Source: Pocillopora damicornis
Taxonomy: Eukaryota
Direction of reading: 5' to 3'
Length of the DNA stretch: 62,335 bases
NCBI RefSeq assembly: GCF_003704095.1
Contig: NW_020845743.1
Location: forward strand, 1 to 62,335
Shown: in pieces, positions 1-12,900 of the stretch
How the letters are laid out: every line of letters begins with the position of its first letter
Position numbering within the stretch: position 1 is the stretch's first letter
Position numbers and translations under genes: made by a program
The notes under the pieces: generated by a model
What the model was told of the DNA's origin: nothing
The model's input: only the letters and a program-made list of their open reading frames with translations
Database searches by the model: none

Positions 1-79
1 AATCAAAAGGTTCCTTCCCTGGTGACCATTTCCTTTATTCTAATGACCTTAATAATTATGTGATTCAAGAGTGATATTG

Positions 80-607
80 CAGGGCTAAAAATCGGCAGTT
101 TCATGGTCGCCAGTGGCAAGCTAAAAATGATCAGGGCCACAAAAAGTTAAGGTTTGAATGCCCGATGTGTGACTACGCTACAGAATTTCAAAAAGTTGCA
201 ATGTAAATTATGCGAAGTACAAAGTTTAAAATAAAACTCAATATGTAGTTTAAATGGACTACCTTTCTCTTGTTTCTTTGCCTGGACCTCAAGATCGTCC
301 ATTTTAGTGAATTTTTAGTTCTGAAGTGGAAATTCCAAGCTATTTTAACAGTAATTTCAAGAGCGATCCACATTCATAACATATAGATGCCATTTTGATT
401 TTGTGATTGCCATTGACTCTGGACTTACCCAGACTTCCGTGCAGGATGTGTTCTTTCCTTTTAGTTAAAGGCCATGGGGTGTTTATTCAAGTTTTTTATT
501 TTAAACTAGAGGAAAGCGAGAGCCACTTCATTTTGGGATGGGCCACTAAGAATTCAAGGAAACTGGCCCAATTGGCCACCAAGCACTGAAGTTAATTTTT
601 TTCCCTG
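80..607. mobile_element. CAGGG...CCCTG non-autonomous DNA element nested inside a TTAA MITE
   Basis: Termini CAGGG (80) and CCCTG (607), with ATATTG on both sides (74-79, 608-613). Flanks 1-79 and 608-659 join into the MITE consensus ending AAAGGGTTAA. Confidence 0.7.
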
Positions 608-891
608 ATATTGTTGGAAGGAATTAGATGGTAATCACCCTTAGAGTTTAAAGGGTTAATTCACAGTTTGGAGCTTGACAATAGAACATGCACAATAACC
701 TGGAATCATCCCATAAGTGGTGATATTTTGAGAAACTGTGTACATTACTGTTAATCAGAAACAGGTTCTTTCTTACATTGCATTGTAGGGTTTTGAGTCT
801 GTGAAAGGGTTCATTGATAATTTTGACACTCAAATATTTTATACAAAGGATAAATTTATATGCATTTAACACACTTTCCTTCCTTTTTCAG

Positions 892-3800
892 AAATCACAA
901 ATGCATACAATGTTTTACGTAACTTAGCATCAAGGAGAGATTATGACAAGGAGATTGGAACGTACTTCACTATGAGAGGTTCAAAGAAGAAGGAAAGTGG
1001 AGAGAAGGTTTTGCGGCTGACAGATGAAATGTTGGAAATAGATATGCGAGGAATTAAACAGGTACTTATAGTGCAGGACATTGTAATATTTGACAGGGTA
1101 ATATAGTATCATCAACTTAGTTGATAACATAAATTGGCCATCATTAAGAGTTTAAAAGCTGACATTTCAAACATTAGCTCTTTGTCATTCACTCTGAAAC
1201 TCTTTGAAACTCTTTATAAAGGTGAGGAATTTAAATTATCATGTAATACACTCCCACCAAGGCAGGGCTACAGTTTCTTTAGAAACTTACCACTTTATTC
1301 ATTGTAATATTTACTTTACCCACATGCTGTACATACATGCACTCCTATAACTAAAATAATGTATTTTTCTTATATTTTTCTGTGATACTGAATCCTCTAT
1401 CTTGCAAGAAACAGTGAGTTCTTAAATTCTTTGTGTAACTGCCAGATATTTTTTGTCTAGTAGTGCAGCACAATGCAGTACAATTGAGTGGTTTGAAAAT
1501 TGCTAAATTAATGTGACAAAAATGCCTTTATTTTCTTGTTTTGAGAGGGTCCAGGGTCAAGAATCAAAATTGAGTTTTGAGAGACTGTCAACTTACTTTT
1601 GAGCAGTACCTTACATGTCCACTAACCATCCTGCAATTGAATGTCTACTCTCCTTGTCTTTTAATCCTTTAACTCCCAAGATCTCATTAGTACTTCTCCT
1701 TACTGTCTACCAAATAATTATCATTATGTTAATTTGGAGAATTTGCTATTGGATCAATTAGTAGTCCCAAAATTTATATTTTTCTTTATTCTCATCACTT
1801 GTTTCCATGATATTGTATAGATAATTAGTAAGGAGAAATTCCATCTTGGTCGCCTATAGGAGTTAAAGGGTTAACTAGATAATCTATTGAAATTTTGAGG
1901 TTACATAATAGAATTTAGAAAAATGGTATCTTATCTTGGATATAGTTTTATTACATTTCAATCACTGGGAGAAGTTAAGGGTTAATGAGATACCTTTTTC
2001 ATAACAGAGTCAAGTGTTTCTCAGCACAATTGCAACTTTAAGCACAATAACCTGTACACCAGTACGACTGATGAATGTGTCAGTATCAGATGGTGGACTG
2101 CAGTCACATGACATGAGAGTGTTACAGCTGCTGCGGCAAATCTCCAGTGGAACACTTGCAGCTAATACAGGACTGTCTATGGTAACTAATGTCCCTAGCG
2201 AGCTAGTTGGAGGGAATTTCTCTGCAGAGGCTGGACGACTGGGGTATGTTAACAGTGTTAGACCTGACAAATGAAGTTAGAATTTTCCCTCACCATACTG
2301 TATCTTTCTTTTTTGTTTATTTGCAGTTTGTTTTTCTATCTTGTTTCTGTCAGCAAGATGACAAAAAAATGAAAAAAATTAGGCTAGAGAGTGACAGTTG
2401 TGGCTACAAATACATGTCCAGTGCATTGGATTTACACTGTACATTAAGGAACTGGGATTATTTATTTTGTGCAACAGGATTTAAAGAAAGAAAAATATAC
2501 TTTTTTGTGGTTTGTCTTTCATTCTTGTTTTTGGCGGCAAGATAAACTTAATTGTAATCGCACTACTTTGCCACTCCAATTTGGGTGTTCTGTCAAAAAA
2601 TCACTGGAAATTGATTGTTATTGACAATGCAATGTTATGCGCCCTTCTTGGGGGATGTCTTTCAACATTAGATGCATTGAAATGCTTGTAAAGGAAATTT
2701 GCCAAGCTTAAATGGACAATTCTTTGTCAAAGATCCTTGTCATAACTGTGATCCATGCATGAATACTTCAGTCACTTTCTTGCCACCTACAGTTTGTACT
2801 CTCATTAAAAAGGACATCATTCCAAGTTGAGATATACAATGTATCTGCCCTTCTTTAAGGTTTTCATTTTAGGAAGGGTCAAATTCTTGTTTGTATATTC
2901 TATAACATTACTGTAATAATTATCAGCAAAATACTTACCACTTTGGTTGTATTTGTTTTGGCAGATCCTTGAATCTCACAGTTTCCCTTTGATTACAAAG
3001 GCTTTTTTTTTAAGCATAGCTACTGTACATGTTTATAACCATCACTTTTTTAAATTCCTTTTTTTAATTCCTTTTTTTCAGTCACTTAAACCTGTTGGTC
3101 ACATCAGCCCTTCCATGCTGCCCATTTCTACCAATTCCTGAATACACAAGATTTAACAGACTTCACATAAAAGGTTCAACCCATTCCTACAAGGCAGTCA
3201 TTAATGCAGACTACATCCAAAATGTGAGTAGATGTACCGTATTTACTTGTGTAACCATTTTTAAGTGAAGAAAATCAGGTTCTTCATCATTTCTAGTCAA
3301 AGAAATAAAATTCAGACAGATAGAAATTTCCCAGAAGTTAATCTCTTATTTCTGAGAGTGCATTGAAAACACAGGGAATTAAAAAACTGCAGAGCAAAAT
3401 GTAACCAAGTGCTTTGAGGTTTATCAGCACTTGTTTATATCACCATGATTTAAGAACACTTTGATTTATTGGAGAAGTATTTTACCATATTTTGTAAATC
3501 ACATTGGTACACCAGTTTCATCCTTGTGTATGTGCACTACAACTTCTCTAACCCTTTATACCCTAACATCAGTATGCATCTTCTCCATACTGTTCTCCAG
3601 ACATTTCCCAAGGTGTTGACAATGAGAATTTGTCTCACCATCAAGAGCCTCATTAGTTGGTGACCATTGCCTTTATTCTCTTAACCTTAATGTTTGATTC
3701 AGAGGTGAGACTGTTAGGAGAAATTACATGTTAGTCACTTTAGGAGTCAAATGGGTTTGTACAAGTTCATGAATTTTGATTTTTGTTTTTTGGTTTTTGA

Positions 3801-6800
3801 TTTTATCTCTTCAGATTATGAAGCCGTTGGTTGGCAAGTTTGGATTTGACTTTAACTTTGACATTCGTAAAAGGTATTTCAATTCCCTTTTATTATTTGT
3901 AGAAATTTCTGCTCTGTAATATTTGTTCTACACTGTAACTTAACTACATGTTTGAGATCAGGAAAGTTATTTTGGCAGTTTTTACACTTGGCATCGTAGC
4001 TTTTCCTATTTTAAATCTGGAGCCAACACCTGACACTTTTTATGGTGCATTCGAAATTTCCTTTGACCATGATTGATTTTTGTTTATCTTTTCCACAATG
4101 TACATGTACATACACGTGAACTAGTACTTATCAACTAGTAAGTCTGTGCCTTAACCTTTAACTCCTATGAATGATCACAACAAATTTTTCCTTACAATAT
4201 CAAGCAGACAAGTGATGAGAATAAAGAAAAATATTAATTAGGGGATTATTAGTTGATCCAATACCAAATTCTCCAAACTAACATCACAAGAACTATAGAG
4301 CAGACAGTAAGGAGAATTACTAATGAGATCTTGGGAGTTAAATGGTTAAAGTGTATAATTAGTGTTTGTTTTTGCCTTGTAGGAGTTATCATCCATACTG
4401 GGAGGGTAAAATATGTGTAGAGAGTCTCCCAGTCCACAGTTTGACTCCTGTTGTAATGAAAGAAAGTGGCACTGTAAGGGAAATCACAGGTTGGGCATTT
4501 GTTGCTGGAGCAAAGCCTGTCAGGGTATGTTATGTCATTAGGGGGCACTATGATAAACAGCCAATCAGAGAGGAGGATTATGTACCATGTGGCACAAATG
4601 AACCAATCATACCCATGACCGTATCGGCGTCCAAGATGGCGATAAGATGTAACACAATCTCATTGTCACACGTGTCACGCACATGTGGTACATAATCCTC
4701 TACTCTGAATGAGTGCAAACTGTAGTGTCATAGTGCTCTGGTCAGTGCACAGGAATTAGGTTGGAACTAGGACATAAGAAAAAGCACAGGGTTGAAGGGA
4801 AAAAAAATTATCTATTTTGTAGTTACATTGAAAAAAGACTCAGTTAGAATATGGCAATCTTTTCCACAATGATTTTTTAACCCTTTAACTAAAGATCTGA
4901 TTGTTAATTCTCTCCTCCAGCTTTTACAAAATTCCTGGCAAATAAGTTAGGCGAATTTGGTATTAGATCAAGATAACAACTTGTACCTGATAAGTTTGGG
5001 TGTTCTCATTAGCCTTTTTCTGGATAATGTGTGGATATCACAGGAAGAAGATTCATGTTAATCACTCCTGGGAGTCAAAGGGTTAACTGCTTGATGAAAT
5101 CAATACACGTTCATTTGTGTATCAGCTGTTATAGTAATTTTCAAATGTCAAAAATGTTTCAGATTGCTCAGGTTATGGCGAAGCAGGCGCATCAGATGTT
5201 AAAGACTCAATTCCCACAAGTCCCACTGGATATCGATAGCAGACGAGACAGAGACTGTAGAAGTGAAGGGACAGGGCAGGGGCTGATGTAAGTCGAAAGT
5301 GAATCGACTAACAAATTTTTGTGCGTCAGATCTGCTGTCACACATCTTGTTTTACATGGAAACTTAGGACAAATTTCACTGTCAGGAAGTTCTGGCACAG
5401 CTGAAAATAATTATGCTCAGTGCTTTACAATTGTACATGTAATTGTCATACTCGCTGACAATGGCGAAAAAAGTGTGCTGGTTTTCAGAGTTCACTTTTT
5501 CCTTAAGTTAAAAAATCAATTTATGAAGATGCACTTGTTCCATGTACATGTGAGATACGTTTATTACCTGCTGAACCAAAAAAAATTGTCATATCAAGTG
5601 TTTTCCTTTATCCAGGCTAATTGCAAAAATGTCATCTGGCGTTTTGCTGTCCGGAACTGCCATATGGGAAAAAGGTTAGTTATTCGATATCAAATATGAG
5701 ATAAGAACTTGCATAATTACATAGGGTTTCCCTCGACAAACTGGACATGAAGGTTTTGTTACATTAAATGAGATGTTTGTTCATACAAACATGGATAGAG
5801 GCAAGCAAATTGTAACGTGCTGGCCTGAATTCGCCCGAAAGTCATCTCGCCCGAAGACATATCACCTGAAACCGGAGTCATGTCGTCCGAAACGCTTAGT
5901 CATGTCGCCCGAAATCCTGAGTCGTGTCGCCTGAAGAAACAATCACTTAAAAGATGAGACTTACGAACTGTAAATAGTCAATAAAGTTTAGAAATCTTTA
6001 TCACTCAAGCGCCTTAAAGACTTTGACCACATAGCAAACGATCAGATGGTCAAAACTGGAATATGTCTGAGTAACGACTCTCAAGGTGTTGTTATTTCTA
6101 ACATCAAAGTGAAGCGTTGTTAGTTTGGTATCCACTCATTCCGTAACCAAGGATGTTTCGCACATAATGTATTATGAATAATATGTTGTACATCCTATTT
6201 TTTGCAATTGTAATAATTTGATATTTTTCGTAATGGTAGGAATGGCTCCAGTGGAGGTTGTTTCTAAAGCTGTCCAGATGCTGGTGAATAATGTGAACAG
6301 CGGTTCGTGCATCGATAGGCTGTTACAGGAGCATGTAAGTTATTTTCACCATAACACAATGTGGGTATCCTGTGTACGGTTTATTTTAAATAGCAAAAAT
6401 ACACACAATTTAGAAGGAGCGTCGAGATGTCATAAAAATATATTTGGTATCTGACGAGCTAAAAAATATAAGTTTCACGTTGACGAAAAGAAGTCATACT
6501 CTTACTGCTGAACAGGAGAAGGACCTTATCTTTTCCTCGATACATACACGCTTAGATATGGAAGTTATTTGGAACAGGTAGGCGTCTCTGCCAGAAACAT
6601 ATGTTTTTGTTCAAATATGGAATCAAAGGTTCCAAGAATTTTTGTGTTGCTGGTTTTTTTCACGCAACTTTGTTTCTGATAATAGTCATTTCTTTTTCAC
6701 CAAGAGAGTGTTCATGGTGAGTTTCTCTCTGTTTTCAGGCTATTTTACTGATGGCATTGGTCTGCGGAAGGTCGTCCATACGGATGCAGCGGCTCACCAA

Positions 6801-7772
6801 TCGAGCTAAAGCTACGATGCTGGCTGTGGAGACGTTTACAGAGGTTTGTGTGCTAAGTGGTATGCGTCTAGAGCGCCTTTTGATTTATCGTCCAGAAACC
6901 GAAACCAAATTGGCCAGTGGCCAATCAGAATGAAGGAAATAAGGAGCCAATTGAGTCTCATAGGAGATAATCGTAATTGGCTTGAAGCGCGAGAAACTGC
7001 ACCTAACTAAGACGGTGATAGATTATTAAGGTGGCGCGAGTGTTTTTGACCAATCGCAGAACGTACTGAGCCAAAACCAATAGAATCTAATAGTGTGTCG
7101 AACTCTCGAGTGAATTATTCTTTTCTTGCACTAACCTCAACTATAATACCGTAATAGAGATCTGCTACTCGTTTCATTGTGCGAGAAAAAGACATTAATT
7201 AAAGCAAAGGCTGCCCACATACATGAAAATGAAACACCCATGCCTTCGAAAAAGACGAAAAAGAAATTGATCGTAACGACCTAAACTGTGAAATCAACGC
7301 AAAGCTTTGTTTAGTGACAATTGATTGTCTCTACCTCCCCCTCATCCAAATGTTTGACTGCAAATTTCTTGAGCTAAATTAATGCCCAAGGATACTACCC
7401 TGAGGCAAAATTTGTTCCACCATAAAATTCTCGCCTGAACTCGATACTTGCTGGACGATAGTTTGATCTTTTGATCTGAGTCAGTGTTTAACGTATAACG
7501 AATCAAAAAAGAACCAAACGATGTTCTCTTTTCTGTAGGTGGAGTTTAAAATCAGTTCAAAGACACCGAAGACTGTCTTGGTTGAATGCGAGGGCCTGGG
7601 ACTTCTTAATGAGCACGTGTTGGCGGATGACAATTTGACATATGAATCAGCAGATGGCGAACTTCAATCAGATGACGAATACGAAACATCTGAGGAGCTG
7701 GATTCTGATAATGAAACATTTCGTAGCGAGGAAAAAGTTGATGAACTCGAAAGAATGAAAAAGACGATCTGA
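892..7772 (+). CDS. J-domain/RtcA-like fusion protein, 5'-truncated by the window; likely catalytically inactive RNA 3'-terminal phosphate cyclase-like protein with an acidic tail
   Basis: Ten GT-AG exons join in phase: 892-1061, 2008-2243, 3082-3223, 3815-3873, 4383-4524, 5163-5287, 5616-5674, 6240-6334, 6739-6843, 7539-7772. Colinear with RTCA: KPLVGKFGFDFNFDIRKRSYHP ~ [29 protein letters not shown] ~ GRAFVAG; VECEGLG ~ IECQGIG. The first exon begins ITNAYNVLRNLASRRDYD (J-domain helix III/IV). Confidence 0.88.
1661..1874. mobile_element. ~210-bp piggyBac-like MITE (representative copy)
   Basis: TTAAtCCTTTAACTCC ... GGAGTTAAAGGGTTAA: inverted termini with TTAA at both ends. Related copies at about 3548-3757, 4151-4349, 4877-5086, 26925-27088, 27491-27690, 39762-39973, 46523-46734, 47467-47677, 49753-49975, 50510-50712 and 52994-53200, in at least two subfamilies. 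Confidence 0.8.
5829..5936. repeat. Degenerate tandem repeat of ~20-bp units (core GTCGCCCGAA)
   Basis: TTCGCCCGAA, CTCGCCCGAA, ATCACCTGAA, GTCGTCCGAA, GTCGCCCGAA and GTCGCCTGAA in tandem. Probably the subterminal repeats of a transposon remnant. Confidence 0.6.
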
Positions 7773-8850
7773 ATCAGAGGGAAAGCCGATTTTTATGTCG
7801 GTCGTAAATGAGCTTCGCCGCTGTAGGGTTAGGGTCCCAGCTTGCCTAGCGGTCGTGCCTAAGGAAGTTACAGTGAGGCATAACTGTTTTTATGCCATTC
7901 CGCTTGTAAGACTCGGACTGATAGCTCAGTCACTGTATTTACATGGAAGAACGCAGAAGCGAGCTAGAAAATGAGAAGATGTGCGAAAATAAGGTAGTTT
8001 GTGGATACTTCGAAAAATGGAAAATGTTGATCGGCTCTGTTCCTGAAATTCTAAAATAAAACAACCTACAAATTCTCGGTATATTCCGACGAATGACTAA
8101 CGCTCGCAACGTCAGCTTTAGAAACTCTTTACAGTGGACAATTTACATTAACAAGATATAACTAAATTATCGTGCAATACAACCTTCGCCCAACCGATGT
8201 AACACCACAGTACCTTAGAAACTTACCCCCTTACTCCGTTTCACCATGCTCTATCGACTCAAATAACCTTAATACTCCTTCATCAAGACTCGAGGTCATG
8301 CGGTTGTGTTCCGTTTTACATGTAGAACCTTTGTCTCTAACGAGTTGGCGTTTTCCTAAACACAGACAAATTGTGTGGTTCACTGTGTCCATTCAAGTTT
8401 ACCAAATCTCAGTATCGGTTCATTATCTCACAAGCGTACTAAAGTTCGATATTCAGTCACCTGCTATGATAAACAAATCTATAGGGTTTTTTCCTAATAA
8501 CTCCACGAAAAGTGGTTTTTAAGGTCCTTTGAGATAAAATAATCATTAAATTATATCGTCTTTTTTACAGAATTTTTTGGGCTTAAATATGCTCTCAGGA
8601 GATTACGGAGTTGACGGAACATGACCGGAATTTATCACTGAAACAAAGCGTTTGCTTTGAAAACAGTTGGGATATCTCACAATAAAATAAGGCCAGGATC
8701 CTTTTTTCATTTGTCTTACGTATTGGAATAGTTAGGAATTCAATCTTCTTTCCCTCACTTTACGTTGGACACGCGTTCGGAAATCCTTTTTATTGTTTTC
8801 AAACTTTCGTGCATGCGCAGTGTTTGACCGCTGTGTTAACTGCACCACCA

Positions 8851-8929
8851 CAGAAATGTGCAACCACGCTTCTTCAGAAATGTGCAACCACGCTTCTTCA
8901 GGAATGTGTAACCTCTTCAGAAATGTGTA
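8851..8929. repeat. Short tandem duplication (CAGAAATGTGCAACCACGCTTCTT, ~3 units)
   Basis: Two exact 24-nt units followed by degenerate partial units. Confidence 0.8.
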
Positions 8930-9237
8930 GCGGGGATACCATTGTTCATTGCACTTTTAAAAAAAAGCTGAAGAAGAGAAATTCATAAACGCTTTCTGAC
9001 ACAACTGTTGAAAAAAATATTCTTGAAAACCAGTTGCTTTTAATGCCCAGGGAAGGTTTGTTGCTTATTGAGAGCGGCAACGAACTGACAATTTCTTTTC
9101 TCTCCGCAACAACAATCCATGCGACAATTTCCCTGAGGTGGATTTGTTGTGTTTTGTTCTTAGTGAGGACAGCTTAGTCTCACTCCGTTAAAATGAACTC
9201 TTAAAATCACACCGTTCAAAATGAATACTGGTGGAAC

Positions 9238-9912
9238 TTAAAGTGATTCCTATCACGGGAAAAAAATAGTGAAACCCATTTTTTTTTAAACTTTCCCTAA
9301 ATATTCCTTTCAAACGTCTTTTCGAGCAATAAATTAAAAAAAAGATAGGTCACTGTGCTTTTTTAAAAGATATGATGAACCAAACTTACTCCATTTAAGC
9401 CTGTGCTAATCACGCGCGTCATTTCACCGCTTCACGGTACATTTTGAGGTAGTTGGAAGCAAGGGTTTGTAAAGCAATACTTTAAAAAAAAACTTGATAG
9501 GTAGAAATTCTCGAGCGTATGAAACAGTTTGATAGATAATTTGTGGAAAAAAGACGCAATTTTAGGCGAAATCGACTCAAAACGTTCCGTGAGTCGTTCC
9601 CTCAAGGTCATAATTTGCTCAATCAGAGGAAAGGGCTTCGTGCAAGCTTTGAGCTATATCGTTTTTTCACTTCAATAAATTTTTTTTAATTTCTCCACTT
9701 TAAAAGGAGTTAATTTGCACACAAAAGTTATGCAATAAAAAATATAGGTCAACGTGCTCCTTCACGAGCCAAAGACCGTCTTACCTCCTTACCTGTGGTC
9801 CATTTATTGAAAAAAAAATACCGTGTTCTCGGCGCGAGCGCTTATTCATCTGATTACGTGATTTTTAAGCGCAGCACACGATGCGCAGTGTAATAATGAG
9901 AAATCACCTTCA
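9238..9912. mobile_element. Putative non-autonomous DNA transposon (~670 bp)
   Basis: Imperfect inverted ends TTAAAGTGATTCCTATCAC ... GTAATAATGAGAAATCACCTTCA; no ORF. Confidence 0.45.
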
Positions 9913-12900
9913 GTATCTTTTAACTCTGGACTGTGATAAGACCATTTCACTGTACACGAAGAAAAGTGAGAGAACAAAATAAACCATCAACCGAGACTGT
10001 TTTGAAACGACCAAATTCTCAGAAATAAAAAGAATACATGCATGTGTCTGTCATGAAGGAGAATCAACACGCACATATTAGAAATGAAAGGGTAAATAGG
10101 AAAGTTATCTTAAAGATACTTCGGTCACGTAACCTAATGACGAGGGGCCTTTATGCCATGCTTGATCATGCGCAATTCTGTCTCGTTCCTAGGACTCCCT
10201 CAAGTCACTTACCAGTGTCACGATGGAAAAGTAATCCAAGAACGTTCGGTACTGGACAAAACAGATCTTGCGGTGATACAAAACACATGAACTTTGCCTC
10301 GGGCAAGTTTCATCGGAAATATCAGGGAGATTAGTGTTGACCACTGTTACAATTAAAAACCTCTCTGATATACACTGCGGACCAGTCTAAACACATTTTA
10401 CACCGACACCGTCACTATTCGCACTTGTTTTTTAGAACAACTCGAACGATACCAATATACGTGAGGTTCAGTATCAGTTTGGTATCAACCCCAGGTTTTA
10501 TAAGCCAACGAATGACGGAAGGCTGTGTTTTAGATAGGTATCCTATAACAGTGATTGACACTATATACACGAAGCATGTGCAAAGCATGCGGTTAGGCAC
10601 AGATACCCACTGAGACACGCACAAAACGCGGAACCTGAAACAGTCTGCATAAAATTGGATTAGCCGAGGTCTACCATGACAATCACGTTAATAAATCAAA
10701 GGCGATTTTTTTTTCGCCTCAACCGTTTATCTGATAAACATTTTGCGCAAATATAAAACAACACACGTGCATTGGTTTGTGGTTCTAAGAGTGATTAAGC
10801 CGAATATTATAACATTAATTGCCATAACGCGGCGTTGTGAAGTCACCTTCCATTCGACCTAACATCAATTAAACGCGTTCATTTAGATACCTCTTAAAAC
10901 GCACTAGCGACATTAACTATGACGTTGCGGTTGCTTTCTGATATTGAGAATGTAATAAAGAGTCGTATTGTTTCCTTTCATAGCCATTCCCTTCTGACAA
11001 AATGCATTTAGAAAACTCCTTCCTGCATTCAGCAGAGTAAAAAGGAAATAAGAAAAGCCGACAGCTTTGAAAACGAAAACGGCCCTTGATCACGGATACA
11101 AACCGGCTACATTTTAGTTAAACTACATCTGTGACTGCCATGCCCAACTGATTAGCGAAGGAGGAGATTTGTGATTTTTTTCATTTCTTTCATCTGCCGT
11201 GGGTAATGATTTTAAACTATCTTTCTTTTCGTTTGAGATGGAACTTTTACGAGCAGACAATATCATTTTAAAGGAAGACAGAGGGCCCCACAAAGCCAAA
11301 CGGAAGTTTGGGTGAACTTTAAATTCACTTTTCGGAAGACATTGTGCGAAAGAAGAGAACTGAAAACAGGCTAAATTCTATATATTTCGCCTATTCGATC
11401 CCGAAAAAAATAAATACTTAGAAAATAAATTTAATTTCAGTATTTCAGTAGGAATATCAGGAAAAACGATGGTTGAATTATAAAGCAGAAAATATCATGT
11501 TTCTAATGTAGGTCGCATCACCACGCTAAGTTACTGAGGTATTTTACTATGGGTATATAATGTTTGACGAAGACCATGTCTAAACTTTCGTGATTTTTCG
11601 TGTACTGCTCCTTTGGTCACGAATTTCTTTCATTTGATTCATATGCCTCTTTTTAACCTCGACAACGCTGAAACTTATCGTGATTTTGATCACGAATTGT
11701 CTGGAGGGCGTTGATATCATACTAGTTCTTTACCGGCTATTGACAAAGTCAATAAAGACTTTTGTAAAAGCTGGCTTCGTAAAAATTCCCCACAGCGTAC
11801 TCGAACATTCTATCTCACAAAAGAGATTCTGATAAAAGACAAAAACGCTCTCAAAGCAATATCAACTCGATTCCACTAAATTTCGCGCTTTTGTATTCAT
11901 CTCTCGAACAGATACAATATCTCTGACAAAAAATTCAATTTTTTTATCGAAGAATGGCGTCTAAACTAAGACACGATATACGAATGGTTTCGCTACATTT
12001 TTCAATCCGTGATCCTCATGTAAAAACAATCATTTCAGACATAATAATGTGAAAAAAATTAAATTTTCGAGGAAAAATCAAATCGGAGTTCATCAGATTT
12101 GAAAAACCCTGTTCTGTAATCGAGAAGACTCAAATTATCTAAGAAATCTGTTTCGCAAATTGCGTGTACGTGCGTTTACAAATTAACAGATTCTTGATAT
12201 ATAATCAAGACATTTTTTCAACTTAGAAACCCCATTTAGAGCCTTGAATGGCCTTAATTAGCAAACCAGCTGAATATTGTTCGCTCAACTCCTCCCCGGC
12301 TAGTTTAATTACTTAAGTACGTGTGTATATGAAAAACACCGAAAACGATATCGCCCAACAAGATAAACCTGGAGGGAAGTATGCACAAAAAACTCAAACA
12401 CCTCCGCGCAATTCTTAGTTTTAAGCTCTGAATGTTCATTGACGCTTTTTAAACTCGTCTAGTTTTTCTGCGATTTACAATACAACAATACTGAATTAGC
12501 CTTGAAGTGTGGTGTCTATTCTGTTTGATCATTTTATTACGTGAAATTTAGTCACTTATCTAGACTGCGATAATAGTCTTTTCAGTTGACAGAAAAACAC
12601 TCAAAAAGCCATTGAAAATGTGTCGCAATCGACATTTTACGATGCACATCTTGCTGAATCAAGTTTACGCATCGCGTTTTCTTTAGCTAACCAAATCGCC
12701 CGTAATTTCCTGTGTTGGAAAGGAAAATAATAGATTCCCCCCAAAGCTCGCGGAAGACGACAGGGAGTGATGAATTGTTAAAGCTTTTATTCTGCCCTTG
12801 ATAACTTTTAATGAAAGAAGAAAAGTGGAAATGAAACATATTTCGATTAGCATACATTAGATACAGGTGTTTGGGGTCTTTGTCGACATGGCTTATCAAC

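Noticed and set aside
5829-5936. CRISPR-like repeat-spacer appearance
   Set aside because: Units are about 20 bp and degenerate with related spacers; eukaryotic intron; no cas genes.
892-7772. Calling the gene RCL1 or canonical RTCA
   Set aside because: It lacks the catalytic His and glycine motifs of RTCA, and the scaffold segments fit RTCA better than RCL1; left without a symbol.
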